Of a stretch of DNA of 64,000 nt, positions 11,801 through 26,300 are shown one piece after another. Position numbers and translations under genes: made by a program. Location: NCBI GenBank assembly GCA_016748015.1, contig JAAOMT010000675.1, forward strand, positions 248,001 to 312,000, given 5' to 3'. The stretch is from Geosiphon pyriformis uo1. Its lineage: Eukaryota > Fungi > Glomeromycota. Below the pieces are notes generated by a model. That model was given only the letters and a program-made list of their open reading frames with translations, was not told where the DNA came from and did no database searches. Positions within the stretch are counted from its first letter, which is position 1, and the number at the start of each line of letters is the position of its first letter.

Positions 11801-14800
11801 AGCAAAACGACAGTGTATAAACGGAGGAGACTACAAAGACGCAGAAGTGGGAGGGCTAAAATAAATTAGTGCTGAGGCAACAGGAGGCGGATCATCGTGA
11901 ATCACGTAAAATCAAAAAGAATGGAGCGATGGCGGTGACAGGGAAGAAGCTTGACAGGACGCGCATTGTGAAGAATTCTTCAGATGACGTCATCCCCAGT
12001 CGCTAAACAGCACGTTCATCAAATTCTGGCGAAGAGTTGATTTTGTCCCATAATAGGGGAACATTATTATAAATAATGCACATCAGTTATTGTTGATTGG
12101 GTGCATGCAGCAACAAATAATGATCATACATGTGATACGCATCAGAAATTATATGTCAAATTTACAAATATTTAGATGTATTATGATGCTCCTTTTTTAG
12201 AATCAATGATATCATATTTCTAAATTAATCGCACTATGAAGAATTTTTCAATTGATATTTTACGATGTAAAAAATGTAACAGCTAAAGAAAAGATTGAAA
12301 TTTGTTTATTGAAATTTTTTTGTATCCTCTAAAATTTATATAAAATGGGGGTTTTTAAAGCTTAGTAAAAGAATTTTTTACAAAGGACGAATATGATAAG
12401 TGTCGTTTTCACAGAAATTTCTCCTATTAATTTCATGAATTCAAAAATAGAGCAGTACAGCTATTAATACTATCGAAAGATTAAGATATCAACGCCCCTC
12501 GTTTCATGGTACTAATTCAAAAATAGGAGAAACAAATTCATGAGGATAGTTTCGAAGGAAAGCTTTCAAAAAATGTATCGGCTTTTGTTACACAGCGTAT
12601 AAGTAGATATTGATAATAATAATATAGCTTATGAAGTTATATATTTTTCTTCAATGTTATGTATAAAAAAGGGGAATTTAATGGTTGTTTGTGTGTGTGT
12701 AGTTAAAATTTCTTGTTTGTTTTTGTGGTATGAGGTTAACGGATTTTTCAAGTTTAAATCTTTAAGGTTGAAAGAGAAGATGGCGAAAAACAAGAAAAAG
12801 GTTTACGTTGGTTAGTCTGAGTGATAGACTTACAATCTGTTTGTATATGTCTCAAAATGTACTAATTGTGTTTGTTTATTTATTTCAATGATATGTTTTT
12901 CAGGAGATCCGAACACCAAATAATCGTGGCGATACGAGGCCGCTCCTGATCGGATGAAAGTTTCCTGGGATCTGTTATGTGATGATTTCCGTAAAAATTT
13001 GTTGAGAAGAGAGGTGCCATGTTGAAAGAGGTGATTTGTGTTTTAGGGTGATAAAATAAAATGATCAGAGTGATTTAATATATATCGACAATCATTAGCC
13101 GGTTTGTCAAAGATCATCCGAGAATTTGGCCTATCAGAGGGAAGCATCGAGACCATGAACCACCTTTTCAATTCTCAATCGAGCTTCAATATGTCGTCAC
13201 ACTCGACTGGTTCAAACACCCAACATCCGATTGCTCGCTACCGGGTGCCAAAATTAAGTTGCTTCTATTTGGTTCATTAATCAAAGGATAAAAGAAAGCC
13301 ATATAGAATACTGAATGTCTTTCTTTCTTTCTTTCTTTCTTTAGATTATATCGATTGTTCTTTTTTGGGTATTGATTAAAAAAAAGGTAACCGTTTCCAG
13401 AGAGATGAAGAGTTTATGGAAGGGAATATAAATTAAGGGTAAGTAGGGGTAAAAAAAATGTCTTTTGTATTGCGGTAATAGTAATATTATTATAATTTTG
13501 GGCGATTAAAAAATCGCGACAATGCCAGAAAAAATTATAAGGTTTTAATTATAAAATTACAAAAAAAGAAAATGTCCAAATTGTCCATCTGAAAAGTGTC
13601 GATATTATTGGATTAGGAAACTGCGGGGAGGAAATGATATTGCATTGTTGTTCTGAATGGAATTTCAATGGTGGGTTCGAATGATAATGCACGATATATA
13701 AGATTCAGAATTAAAAGATGGGAACAGGGAAAAGTTTATATAAATGGAAAGATGCGTGTAGATTAATTTCAATGACCTAGAATAATGAAATAGAATGTGT
13801 TGAGAAGATGGTTTTAAACAATCTCTACTGCTAAACTCCGAATATAGTTTACTAGTGTTCGTGAGAAGGGGGTGAATCATGGTCAAAAAAGGATAGAAGT
13901 CAAGCAGGCAATGCTTATAAATAGGGGCGGTACATAGCCCAGTCAGATTTCATGAAACTATGCAGCGAGGAAGGATCGGGTTTAGAAGTTTGAAGATGAG
14001 AAAAGGGCATTTTCATTGGAATTACCAAGTCATAAAGAACTTGAAAAATGTCCACTTCAAACTCATACTACGACCCTATTTTGTCAAGAGATGGTATTTT
14101 CCAAGGGAAGTGGAAGGTGATCATGCACCCAAAAACCCACACCCAATTTTGATCAGGGAAATACATGTGAAAACAGGGTTGCCTGCTTATGAAAAGGCCG
14201 TGTTTTAATTAACTGCTTTCTTTTTTTTTGTTCTTATTTCTTGTATTGCTTAAAAATTGGGCTAATAAAAATAGATAAAAGTGGTGGGATTTTACTTTAT
14301 GGGGTATTTTTGGGTGTTTTATAACAGATTCTCTCAACTACATAGGTATTTGGGATGGTGCCTGTCCTTTTTTCAACTTTTTCACTAAATACCTTTCTTC
14401 ACCCAATGTAAAACTTTTCTTAGCATCAAACAACATCTGCTGTTTTCAACATAGTTAAGAATTACAATGTGGGAGATGGATGAATAGTAGGAAGTAAGAA
14501 AGATAAATTCAGGACTAAAGCAAATAAACTTTGAAGCCAAACTAAAATAAAATTCTATAAATTTGTTCATTCAAAGAGCGAGAGCAAATATCTATTAATT
14601 CCTTGTCAAGGGGAAAAGAAATGCAAAGACTTATTTGAGCTTTGGGTTGTTCTTTTGTCCGAGGACAAAATAGATTCTTATGTTGATTAAGGACTTTCAC
14701 GAAAACGCTAAGCAAACTGATATTGATGAGTTAGAAGCTAGTAGGGGAAAAATATAAAACCGATAAAAAAGGATATTTTAAAGGGTAAAGTTGATAGATA

Positions 14801-15046
14801 AGAGACTTTTGGAAGAGGAATAGAAAGGGAATATATATATCTACATAATTTTCTACATAAATTCTGAATTTGCAAAGTTCGTTCCGCCCGTTTGTGTTTC
14901 ATTCCAATTTGTAGTTGATAACGAAGCATATTCGATCCATTAATATGCATCCATTTGCCAGCCAATCCATCAGAGTGGAATTTTCAATACATCAATTACC
15001 ACAACCATTAGAAGCAAGATAAGAAGATACTCATCATCGCACAAGC

Positions 15047-16541
15047 TTAAAATGATGTGGTAATGTGCATTGGGATATGCATGGCATAAGCTTTCTTGTG
15101 GGCGGAACTACCTCGATAAGCTTTAGAGGGTGAACGGTAAGGAATATCAATTCGTTGTTTGGTGGGTGAGAGGCAAGGAGATGAAAACGATGAATTTGGC
15201 ATAGTTGTAGAGTAAGATGGAGGTGGAGCAAGAAGTGGAGTAACAAGCGATCGACAAGAAACAAGGCGAGCTTCAAGGCTCTGTTGATATAAATTAATCA
15301 AAGCAAAATTTTTAGCGTCGGCGGAAGAAATTTTAAGCCAAACCCGGGAGAAACGTAAAAGTTTTCCAAAATTTACCTTTACCCTTCCAACCATCTCTTG
15401 AACCATTAAAAGAGGATTAGAGTGTGGCGCGGTTGGTGAAGTGGGGCTTGGTAAATCGATCGACATTGCTGATCCTGGTCGTGAATAAGGACGTTGAACA
15501 GCATTAACCCGTGGAGGGCCAAATTCGCCATCCTGTTTATTTTTTAGAATAGCCATTTCAATAGTGGCATCTAGGTGAAAAGGAAGAGATGATTTTAGCT
15601 TGTGCAGCTTAATCTAAGAAACAAATAACTTGAAAAAAGCAGAATCCAAACCTCTTAGCTCGTCTTTTAGTCGTTGTACTTGTACAATCAATTGGTTTTT
15701 GCCTTCCAACTCGTTCTCAAGCAATACATTTTTCTCAATTGCTTTGCTGAATTTACTTTCCAAATCTTGAAGAGAAGACTTGGTCGCTCTAATGAAAATA
15801 TAAATGAAAATAGTTAGATCATCTGTTAAACACAATAAATTTTTATCAAGAATCAAAAAATTATTTGTCGTCGAACCTTTCTGTACGTTCCAAATCATCG
15901 TTATTAACTTCTACCTCTCTTTTTTGAACCTTCAATTTTTCTGACAAGGTTCGCAGGCTCTCAAGCTCTTTTTGCATTTGAGCACTACTAATATTGGAAT
16001 CGGACCGGAATTGATAATATTTTTGCTAGAATTAAAAATAATAAAAATATTGAGATTTTGACTTAATAATTATACGATCCCAACGATTACGATAAATAGT
16101 GGATCATTAGGGATCGACGTGTGGCTTATTCTAATTTATATCCCATCTCACCTTCCATTCATCAATTTCATTCTTCAATGTTTCATTCTTTGCTTTTACA
16201 TCTTTGAATCGCTTTTCTGATTGTTCGAGCTCTCGCTCCAGTTCCTCTTCAAACTCCCTAGAGGATTGTTGAAACTCTTCAAGCGTAGCTTGTGTCTCTG
16301 CTAACGTTGCTTCCAACTCAGCAGCACGTGCTTTGTAATGTGCAAGCTCTTCGTGTATGGTTTTGAAAGTTCTTTATGGGAAGGTAAAGAAAAAATGGAT
16401 GAACAGGTAAGTAATTTTCGCCATAGGTAAAGCAGTAATCAAAAGGTTTTTTTTTAACCTTCGTGATGTCTTGGACAAAAACTTTTTTTTAAAGAAAAAA
16501 AATATATATTTGAACTTCAAGTTAACTTACTTTCCAGCCAT
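15047..16541 (-). CDS. nudE: Nuclear distribution protein NudE/NDE1 (dynein-LIS1 regulator), 6 exons
   Basis: Exons 16541-16531, 16371-16152, 16025-15877, 15788-15652, 15570-15377 and 15280-15047 are all GT-AG and in phase. The protein is MAGKTFKTIHEELAHYK...LEEFQQSSREFEEELERELEQ...EVNNDDLERTERATKSSLQDLESKFSKAIEKNVLLENEL...VQRLKDELRD...SLEARLVSCRSLV, which are hallmark NudE motifs. Confidence 0.93.
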
Positions 16542-19500
16542 GTTTTTTTTTGTTTAAAATTTAAATTGTAGAAAATAAAAAAACAAGTTTCACTGGGAAC
16601 ATGTATTAAAGGAAGAAAGAATATTGTGTTGATAATAAAAAAAGGAGGAAAGATTATAGATGAATAGAGTCCGGTTCAAATTTGGGGTGTTTCACTTTAT
16701 CTGTTTAAGTGAATCAAATGTACTCTTTGAAATAGAAAAAAATTGTTTCGCTGTTCGTCGTAAAGAATAATAAAATGAGACTTAAGTCTTCGTTTCCTTA
16801 ATTTCAATCAAATTAGCGTGTGTACCGAAAAAACCTAGAAATAACACACAGGGTGACAATAATTTTATTAAGGTGGAACAGTCAGAGTATTTGTGCTCTG
16901 TTGCTCTCACTAGCTCAACCCAATTATAAATTTTGTGGGTGTGTGAGTGATATATCATAATTCCAGCAAGAATCACTATATATATTGATATCGATAGCTA
17001 AGCCCTGAAAAGGAGAAGCAGCATAATACATGCAATAGTACAAGAGAAAGACTTGAAAAAAAATTACAATATTAAAAAAAATAAAATACGCGCGTATATC
17101 ATCAATCAGCATCAACAGCAAAATCATGATTAAGTTAGGTAAAACTAAAAGATGAAAGTACTAATTTTAATCATTTTAAAATAAATTGTTGGTAATATAA
17201 AGATGATTAGGAAGCTAAAAAAAGCAGGTGGGGTTTTTGTGTATTGGTTGTGCAAAGAAGCAAAACAGACATTAAAGTCACCAGATCAGGGAAGAGACGC
17301 AAGAGACACAGGTATGACATTACATGCAAGGAGTTATAATAGATTATAAGAGGCGTTCTAATTTTTGATACAATAAAAACAATCATCTTTTTTGTTTAGG
17401 TGAGGATAGACATGTCTTTTGGCTGAATTGAAGCAAAAGTTCGCAGAATGCCGCAAGGTTTGAATAAGGAGCTATGGATCCGAGGTGAGTGGATAGGTGG
17501 GCAAGCAGGCAGGGAGGGCGGCAAAAAAGTTTTAAAAGTATGGAGAAATCATAATGGTAAGTTTACCTTCATTCGGAGGGAGGGGCGTAGAGGGAAACGT
17601 AAGGATAAAAATACTTTTAGATGTCATAGTTGATCAAAAAATGGGAGAGGGTCAATGTTGTGGTTGATTCAAGGGATATACTTGTATGCGTCTGGATCGA
17701 TGAATCAATGACGAACAATGAAAGAATGAATAAACGGTTGTAAAGTTGTCTCACACAATTTTTTTTTTTGCGAGAAATATATTTTTCTTGCCATTTTTTA
17801 AAATTTTAGTAACTGCCGGGAATTCGTAATATATTAAGATTAAAATTATAAACTTTATACCTATACCCTTCCCTTTAGAGTCAAAGTTAGAGATTCAAAT
17901 TTGGGTACCAATCAAAATTCCCTCAGGCTGTACATATACCCAACCTTCAATGGCAAAACTATAGCAGGCGGGCAAAAAAGTAAAATGGGGGTGGGGTACA
18001 TATTGTACACATTGTTGCATCCCCAATGCTTTTATCCCTTTCTTTATTTCTTCTTTTCTATCTATCTCCAAATCTGTTGTAAAACTAAAACTTCACTAAT
18101 CGATGTGACAATAAAATTCTGCCACGGTTTTAATCGCTATTTGACTGTTGATATTCACTGGGAAAAAAGCTAAACTTTGTAAGCCAAACTTTTCAATAAA
18201 CATAAGGTTACACGCACACGACTTATTGTATTCAAGACGTCAATGTTTGAAAGGTTTCGATGAACCATTGTTTAAAATTGGCCCCAACTCGCAATTCTTT
18301 GGGGATTGAAAATGTTCCAACGCGAAATGCAAGTCAGCAAGAGGAAAAACTTGTTTAACAGTAAACATTGGGGATCAAATCAATGTGAAATCCCAAATAA
18401 TCGACCATTTATGGTATTTTAATTGTATTTCATTATAAGTGGACTTTTGAAGAAATACCAAGAAATTATTATAATTTGAAATGACAGCTTTCATTTCGAA
18501 TGGCTCATGAAAGAAAGCCTAATTTCGTTTTCTCGTCTCGGCCAACCGCTTATTTGATGAATATGGATCAAGCTAGCATTGATTGTGCATTAGGATAGGT
18601 ACAACAGAATCAGGCAGCACTAAGTATGGTTATCAAAGGTTGGAAATGGAAATCAAAAAGTCGATCTATATCAAAAATGCGGGGAAAAGACTGAATAATC
18701 TTCATGAGCCAAAAGTCTCTCCTTTTTGTTGATAACAGTCGCCCATCCAAAAACATTTACTCAACGATTCCTTGTAACAGTGAATGTGATAACTTTTAAG
18801 AATCACTTATTTCTTTTCATTATGCTATAGATAAAATTTGCTCTGTACTGGCGAAGAGCAAAGTGCATTGAATGACTTCTTTTTTGTAACCTGTGTGGAG
18901 AAATTTTCCTTTTTGGAAATTGGTTCAAAAAACCTACTGGACTTTTTCAAGTTTTTTTCAACCTGTCTAAATCATAGTTTAAATAAATTATTGTCAAAAA
19001 TTTTTGTCTGTGCATATTATTATCCAATCCTGAAAAACTGATAAAATCTTATTCATTGGCTTTTGTACTGCTATTGTTCAATTAATTAACTCAAAAATTG
19101 TGACAAACAATAGCTTTTATTATTTCCAGAATTTTCTTTAGTAAACAATCACGCAAGATGATTTCTATTGATCTAGATTTTATATTTTAAAAACTTGATC
19201 TATTTCAAATTTCATTGAAATTTCTTGATTGCTTTCGAATAATAATTATATATCAAAATTATTAATTATTTTGAATTTTTTTTTTCAAAAGCTTGCATTT
19301 TTTAATTTAATAAAATAATTTGAACTTAATCATTAAAATATTTTATAATCTATTTTAATATTGATATTTATTAGCAATTTATTAGTTTTTTAATATTTAT
19401 TGTATTAATAAAAAATAGGTATTTAAATAAATTCACAAAATTAAAATAATTACTTAATATTATTTATCAAAGTTTATTTTAATTCTTATTATTTGTTTTA

Positions 19501-22350
19501 ATAATTAATAAAATTATTATTTATTTATTAAAAAATATATAAAATATATTAATATTAAATTAATATTTGTTTTTGCTAATAAAAAAGTTGTTACAATTTA
19601 AAAATTATTAAATAAAATAAAAAATAAAAATACATAATAATATATATATATATATATTATTTTATAAAACTTTAAATTATAAAATAAATATTATATAATA
19701 AATAATAAATAATATTAATATTAAACCTTTTTTTAAATTTTATAAATTTTATATTTATAAACAAAGCAAAAAAACAATTGTTATTTTTATAATATAACTA
19801 AAAAAAATTATAATTAAAAAGTTTTCTTAATAATAAAAGTATTTTTTTAATTAAAGATTATTTTTTAATTAAAATTATAAAAAATACACCAAAAACAATT
19901 TTAGTATTATCATAATTATTATTAAAATTTTAAAAATTTTTATCAACAAATTATTAATAAAATTATTGTTATTTTTTAATTATTATTTTTTAATAACTTT
20001 TATTATTAACTTTAATAATAAATTATTATTTTTTAAATACAAGTTTTGTGTTTTTTAAAAATATAAATTTATTATTATTATTTTATTAATTTAATTTAGA
20101 TAACAACAATTATAATATATTTGGTTATATTGTTTAATAAATTATTTTTATTAAAAAAACAAAGCAAATTATATTTTAACATAAATTTTTATTTTAAAAA
20201 TTTAAATTAATATCATAAAAATCAAAGTAATATATTTTTTTTAACCAAATAATTTTTATTTTAATATTGCTTTTTTAAATTATTATTTTTTATTATTTTA
20301 TTATGATATAACTTAATTATTTATTATAATTTAAATTTAAAAATCTTATAATTATAATTTATATATTTTTACATATATTAATTATATAAATTAATTAAAA
20401 TTATAAACTTAAAATTTAAGACTAATTTGTTAAAAAAATTTTGAATTAAGACTTTATATTATTTTTTTTATATAATTAAAGTTTTTTGAGCAAATATAAA
20501 TTAAAAATAAAATTGTATTAATATTAATCTTTTCAGATATTTCTAATATTATTGATTATTTATTTAATTATTGTAAATTGTAAATTAAACTTCAAAAAAT
20601 TTATTACAGTTTTCTGTTAAGTTAAAAATTAATTTAGTAAACAATTTTTTAACTAAATTAATAAAAATTTTATTAAATTGTAATATTATTATTATAAATA
20701 ATTTATTTAGTATATTTTATTTTGGTTAAAAATAGTTTAATATCAAATATTTAAGTATTTTTTTTATATTATATTATAAATTATTTTTAAAAAAAATTTG
20801 ATATGATATTTGGTAATTAATTTTTTTTTTTTTTTTATTAATATTTAACGAATGAGACCCAAATGCCATTTATTATTAAACATAATTATATTTTTAATTA
20901 AAAAATATTTTGTTATTAAAAAAGTTAGATATAAAAGATTTTGTATTTTATTGATTTAAAATTATTGTTAATTTTTTTCAAATTAATAGTTTATATATGG
21001 TTGTTTTTATTGTTATTTAAAGTTTTTATTATTAAAATATTTATGATTTAAACTGTTTTTTTGTAATTAAAAAGTGTTTAATAAAAACAGATTTAAATTT
21101 TATTAATATTTTTATAAATAATTATTTAAAATGAAAAAATTATTATTTACAGTTTTAGTTATTAATAAGTTGATTTTTTTAACTTAAATTAAGCATAATT
21201 TTAATAAAACACTAACATAAAATTCCAAAATTAAACAAAAAATTTGTTTTTAAATAGTAATCTAATTAATAAAAATTAATTAGTTATTTTAAAAATTTTG
21301 TAAATATAATAAATTAAATTATTGTTTATAATAATTATAATACTAAAATCCAAGTAATTAGAATTTAATTTAAAAATAAATTTTTTTATATTATTAAACT
21401 TATTTTTAATTCAAAATTTGATCTGATTTTTTAATTTTGTTTTTGTAATAATAAAAACCAAATTGTTTATATTTTTATATTACATATAACAATTTTTATA
21501 CTAAATTAATTATTGAAAAAAAATATATTTACATTGCTTTTAAAAAATATTTTATTTAATTTTAGTATAATTATAATAATAAAGTTTAAAAGCTTAAAAA
21601 TATTTATTTTAAAACTATTTAATTAAATAATAATATAAACAAAAACACTAAAATTTGCAAATAATACATTAATAATTTTTTTAAAAGAAATTATTTAAAA
21701 TTATTTTAGAATTAAGAATTAGATTTACAAAAAAAGCAGTATTTTCAAAAAAAAACAACAAAAAAATATATTTAATTTATTAAGTATTAGTAAAAATTGA
21801 TTAAAAAAAACTTTTAATTTTTTTAACTTGTTTAATTATAAAATTGTTAATAAAAACATTATTAAAAATATTTTTTTAATATAAAGTGTTGTTAAATAAA
21901 ATAAATTATTCTTTACAAATATTTATTTATAAAACTTTTAGATAAAAGTTTACATTTTAACTTAAAATAACCAAAATATTTACATTTTTTATAATAAATT
22001 TAATTTAATTTTGTTTAAAAAAAATTTATATTATTACTAATAGAAATTAAATTATTAATTAGCATAAAATTATTCTTATAATTTTTATTATTAATTAATA
22101 TATATTATTATTTCAATTTATTACTTAATATTTTATTAAATTATTAAATATTATTATCTAATTAATAATTTAATTTGTATAATATACAAATATTAAATAT
22201 AATAATTAAATTATATAATATCTTAAATTATATAATACTTAAAAATATTTAAAATTTTAATAAAATATTTAATATTTTACCAAAATAATTTATAAAAATA
22301 AAAATAATTTATAATTTACCAAAATATATGTTTAGTTTATTAAAATATTA

Positions 22351-23203
22351 TTGCATAGACTGGGTTGTTACGGCGAAGGTGTGGCATCCTGATTCTCATA
22401 TGCTTGCTGGGTTCACTAGCCGCACATCCTCAACACTTCGCACTTATGTTATAAAGGCTGTGCACAGGAGGTTGCCGGTGGCAGTAAGGAAGAGGTTGTA
22501 TAATAAGTGCTACCCTAGTGTGTTGTGTTTGTTTTGCGATAAGGTGGAGTTCTCTGACCACATTTTTACTTGTGTTCATGAGTCTGGCATTCGTGGTAAG
22601 ATTTTGGTGGAGGCTTCTGCCCGTTGGTCAGCTTTGGCTAGTGGTTCCTCTGCTTCTGCTGTGTTGTGGGTTTTGTCTCAATGTTCCATTGATGTTGGGC
22701 TGTACACTTTGGTGTGCAAAGGGTTTGTGCTGGAGGAGTGGTATGGGGAGGCTTGTGATGTTTTTGAGAATAGAAAGGTGGCCACAGCTTAGATTGTTGA
22801 TTATGTCAGGTTTGTTGTTGGATTACATCGTGCTAAAGTATGGTTGGCTAGAGCCAGCCACCGGGTAGTGATGGAGAAGGCTGGTCTGATCTGTGATGTT
22901 GGTGTTGTTTCTGAGCTCCCGTGTGGTGTGTCTTCGGTTTTGTCTGATGGTATTGTAAGATTGCTTGGTTGGCCAATTCCTTTGCTGTTAGCTTTGGTCG
23001 TCGAAAGCCTTATTGTTTCTTTTCTGGTCTGGGTGGCAGTGTGCGGGTAGTTATAGATGTGTAGTGTTGTCTTGTCTGGCCTGAGTGGCTAGCCACATGT
23101 AGAAAGTGCATGAGTTGCATTTAGTTTGAGCCTCTTAGTTTGGTTCTATGTACTAAATAGCGATTGGGCTGCACTCATTAAATGGGTTAATAAAAAAAAA
23201 AAA
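22351..23203 (+). mobile_element. 5'-truncated young LINE (ORF2 C-terminal CCHC zinc finger, 3' UTR and poly-A)
   Basis: KVWHPDSHMLAGFTS...HRRLPVAVRKRLY...CLFCDKVEFSDHIFTC is homologous to the 3' end of the full-length LINE. Poly-A at 23192-23203. Candidate TSD AAAATATTA (22342-22350 / 23200-23208). Confidence 0.9.
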
Positions 23204-23304
23204 TATTAACAAAAAAATTATAAAATAGTATTATAATAAATTATATAAAAAAAAGTTTTTTTTTAAGAAAATATATCTTAGTTTAAAATTATTTTTTAAT
23301 TATT

Positions 23305-26300
23305 ATGAAAGTTATTATTTTGTTAAAAAAACTCTTTGTCTTTTTAATTTTATGATCATAATTAAAGCAAAGAGTAAAAAAGTTGTATTTGATATTTTTC
23401 TTAAGATATTTAATAAAGTTTCAACCAAAAAAGCTCTCTTTGTTGTAAAAACTATTACACAAAATATCTTAGAAGCTTTTTTTAAATATTTATAATAAAA
23501 AACTGTTTTTAGTGATTTTTAAAACATCTTTTTTATCTTTGGCTGATTTTTTATTAATCAAAATCCTTTTAAAAAAACACACTTAAATTAGTTTTAATAT
23601 TATTTTTATTTCTTTAAAAAGCTCAAAAATTTTTAATAACAGATTAGTTAACAAGTTGGTTTTTTTTCATAGTTTTTATATTAGATGTTGTTAGCATCTC
23701 TTTTTCAAAAAATAGTCAAAAAAATCAAAAGTTCAGAAAAGTAGAAACAGTTATTTGTCTTTGTTATTATTATACCAAATTTTTTTATAGTTTTTAATAA
23801 GATCTTAAATGAAAGCTTTATTGTATCAATTGGCATATTATCTAAGATAAACCAAAATCAATTACTGGTTATATTATCAAATATAATCTTCTTCAACAGA
23901 TCATTATTGGTTTTAAAAGCAAAACAACAGTTTTTTGTTAGATTATTTGTTCTTAAGAACTGGGTTAATTAAATGGAAACTGATTCAATTTTTTTCTTGG
24001 TTTCTGGTGCTATTTTTAAGATTAAATTGGTTTATGTTAACACTGTATTTTAGTCTATACATGGTTTTTTGAATGCAAAGTTAGTATTAAAAGACAATAT
24101 AAAGCTTTTTTGTATGAAATTTGCTTCTTAAGAGTTTTTAAAAACTGTTTTTTTGGTTGAACTTACAAGCTTTGTTTGCTTTGTTGCTTTCAAAATTGCC
24201 AAATTTTTGGTGGTTTTTAAGACTAATTCTTCTTTTGCTGCTGTTATATTACATAATATATTTTTAAGTGTATTTGTTGCTAATATTAAGATAGCTTTTA
24301 ATGTATTTAATAAAGTTGTTTATGTTTTACTGAAGTCTGTTGACATTTGACAATATGTAATTGCTTATTTTAAGAAACTGAACTCTGTTGTTTCCATTTT
24401 AAATTATTGGTTAGTTTTGATAAATAAGAATAATATTAGGATCTTCTCTTTAGTAAATCAAAATAAGACTATTCTGTTTTATAATAAGTTTAAAGCCAAG
24501 TTAATTAATCTTTCTTATAATTGTATTGTCTTTGAAATCAATAATATGATTTTTTAAGTTGATAGTTGGACATGTTTTATTCCTTGCTCTCTTAATTTTA
24601 GTTATTGTTCCTAGTTTGTTCTGGTTATATTTAAATTTCAAATTGATTTGAATGCTGCAATTGTCAAAACTAGTATATTGAAGAAATACTGTATTTAGTA
24701 AAAAACTTCTGGAAATTAGCATTGTTTTTGGTGCCAGAGTTTGGATTATCTGGCTTTAAATTGTAAGATGCTGTTACTGGAGGTTTTTGGTTTTTTCTTA
24801 GCTCTTGTATGTTTATTGTAATGCTGTTAATTCACAACTATGGGAAGTGTTTGAACCTCCAATAACTGAATTTATCTTCAAATTATCTCCTATAATTTGA
24901 ACTGCTGGGCTTATAAGTGGAATGACCAGTTCTGTGCCAGTTGCTTTGTGTAGTTACGTTGTAGTAAACCTCAACTTTTTCCCAGGAATTGCTCGTCTGA
25001 AAGCTCACTAAAAATGTGTAGTTACTTTGCTGTGAAAGTCAACTCTTCTACAGAAATCTTGTCTGTAGGCTACTCTAATAATTATAATAAAAAAATAAAA
25101 GAAAGAAAATAAAAAAAATGTAAAAGAAATAAAATTTTGTCAAGGGAAACATTTTCTATCCAGGCCTGAAGTCACCAACAGTTTACTGAAATTGGTAGCT
25201 AGTCAATTTTAAAACATTAGTTGGGTTTTGGGGATTTTCCAAGTGCAATAATTAAAGAATTTGGTTTTTCAAATTATTTGGTATTTATTTTTTTTGTGTA
25301 TATAGGAATGGTTCTAAGTAATAAATCTAAAGTAAGATACATTTTCTCGAAGAGAGAAGCTTTTTTTTTATACAACTTGTCATAACACTATTCTATGAAC
25401 TTGAATTTTGCTCTTTTCTACAATTTTGCTGAACTAAAGATATATTTTAGTGAATTACAAGTTATTTTTATGAACTATTAAATATTTCGGTAAACTATTA
25501 ATTATTTCAGCAAATTTCTACAAATTTTGGCAAACTTTTGAATGTTATATATTTCAGGGTATTGCATGATTAATCATTGCACTTAGGTTATATTTGTGTT
25601 ATGTACAAATTGGGTTATTAATTAAATGATAATTTTGGATATTTTGCTAATGTAATAAGTGATAATTTGAAACAATAATATATGCTAATTAATGATAAGA
25701 TTTATAAGGGTAATTTTATGTTAAACAATATCTCTAATTTTGTCTGGTAACAATGTCTTTACCTCTTTTTTTTAAAGTTCTTAAAACTTTTGTTTTTTAT
25801 GTTGTTAATAACAAGTTTTATATTAAAACTACTGTTTTTATGTCTTTTTTGAATTCTTGTCTTTTTGTTAATTTAATTTTTTCTGTTGGTATAATATCTG
25901 ATAATTTTGTGATTTCTTTTCAGTTGTTTTTTTTAGAATCTGAATTGGTCAAACTTTCTGCTTTGGTTAATTTTATTGTTAAGCCAATTAGTTCTATAGT
26001 TAAAGTGTTTAAACAATTTGTTAATAAAAATTTGGATTTAGGTAATGTTTTTGGCTTTAAAGTCAAGGAAGTTTTAGTATATATAAATATTTTTAGCAAG
26101 ACTATTGATAAGCTGAAATGAGAAATAGTGGCTTTAAAAACTAAGTATAGCTTTAAAAATATTAATATGTCTGACTCTTATATAAGTTTGTCTTCTGTAA
26201 ATAATAATGTTTTTTTTAATTTAATGTCTCTTTGGAAATATAAATCTAATGCTATTAAGACTAATGTCTTAAAAACGGCTAAATAGCTGGTTAAATTAGT

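Noticed and set aside
12935-13025. Antizyme-like TCC-TGA +1 frameshift site, and a C/D-box snoRNA starting at TGATGA (~12980)
   Set aside because: The +1 frame closes after about 25 codons with no antizyme similarity, and there is no suitably placed CTGA D box or terminal stem.
13035-13055. TTAGGG / possible telomerase RNA template
   Set aside because: It is a single hexamer without the 1.5-repeat template register or any supporting structure.
20821-20875. Poly-T followed by ~40 nt resembling a LINE 3' terminus
   Set aside because: Probably an extremely 5'-truncated LINE insertion, but too short to delimit or to verify a TSD.
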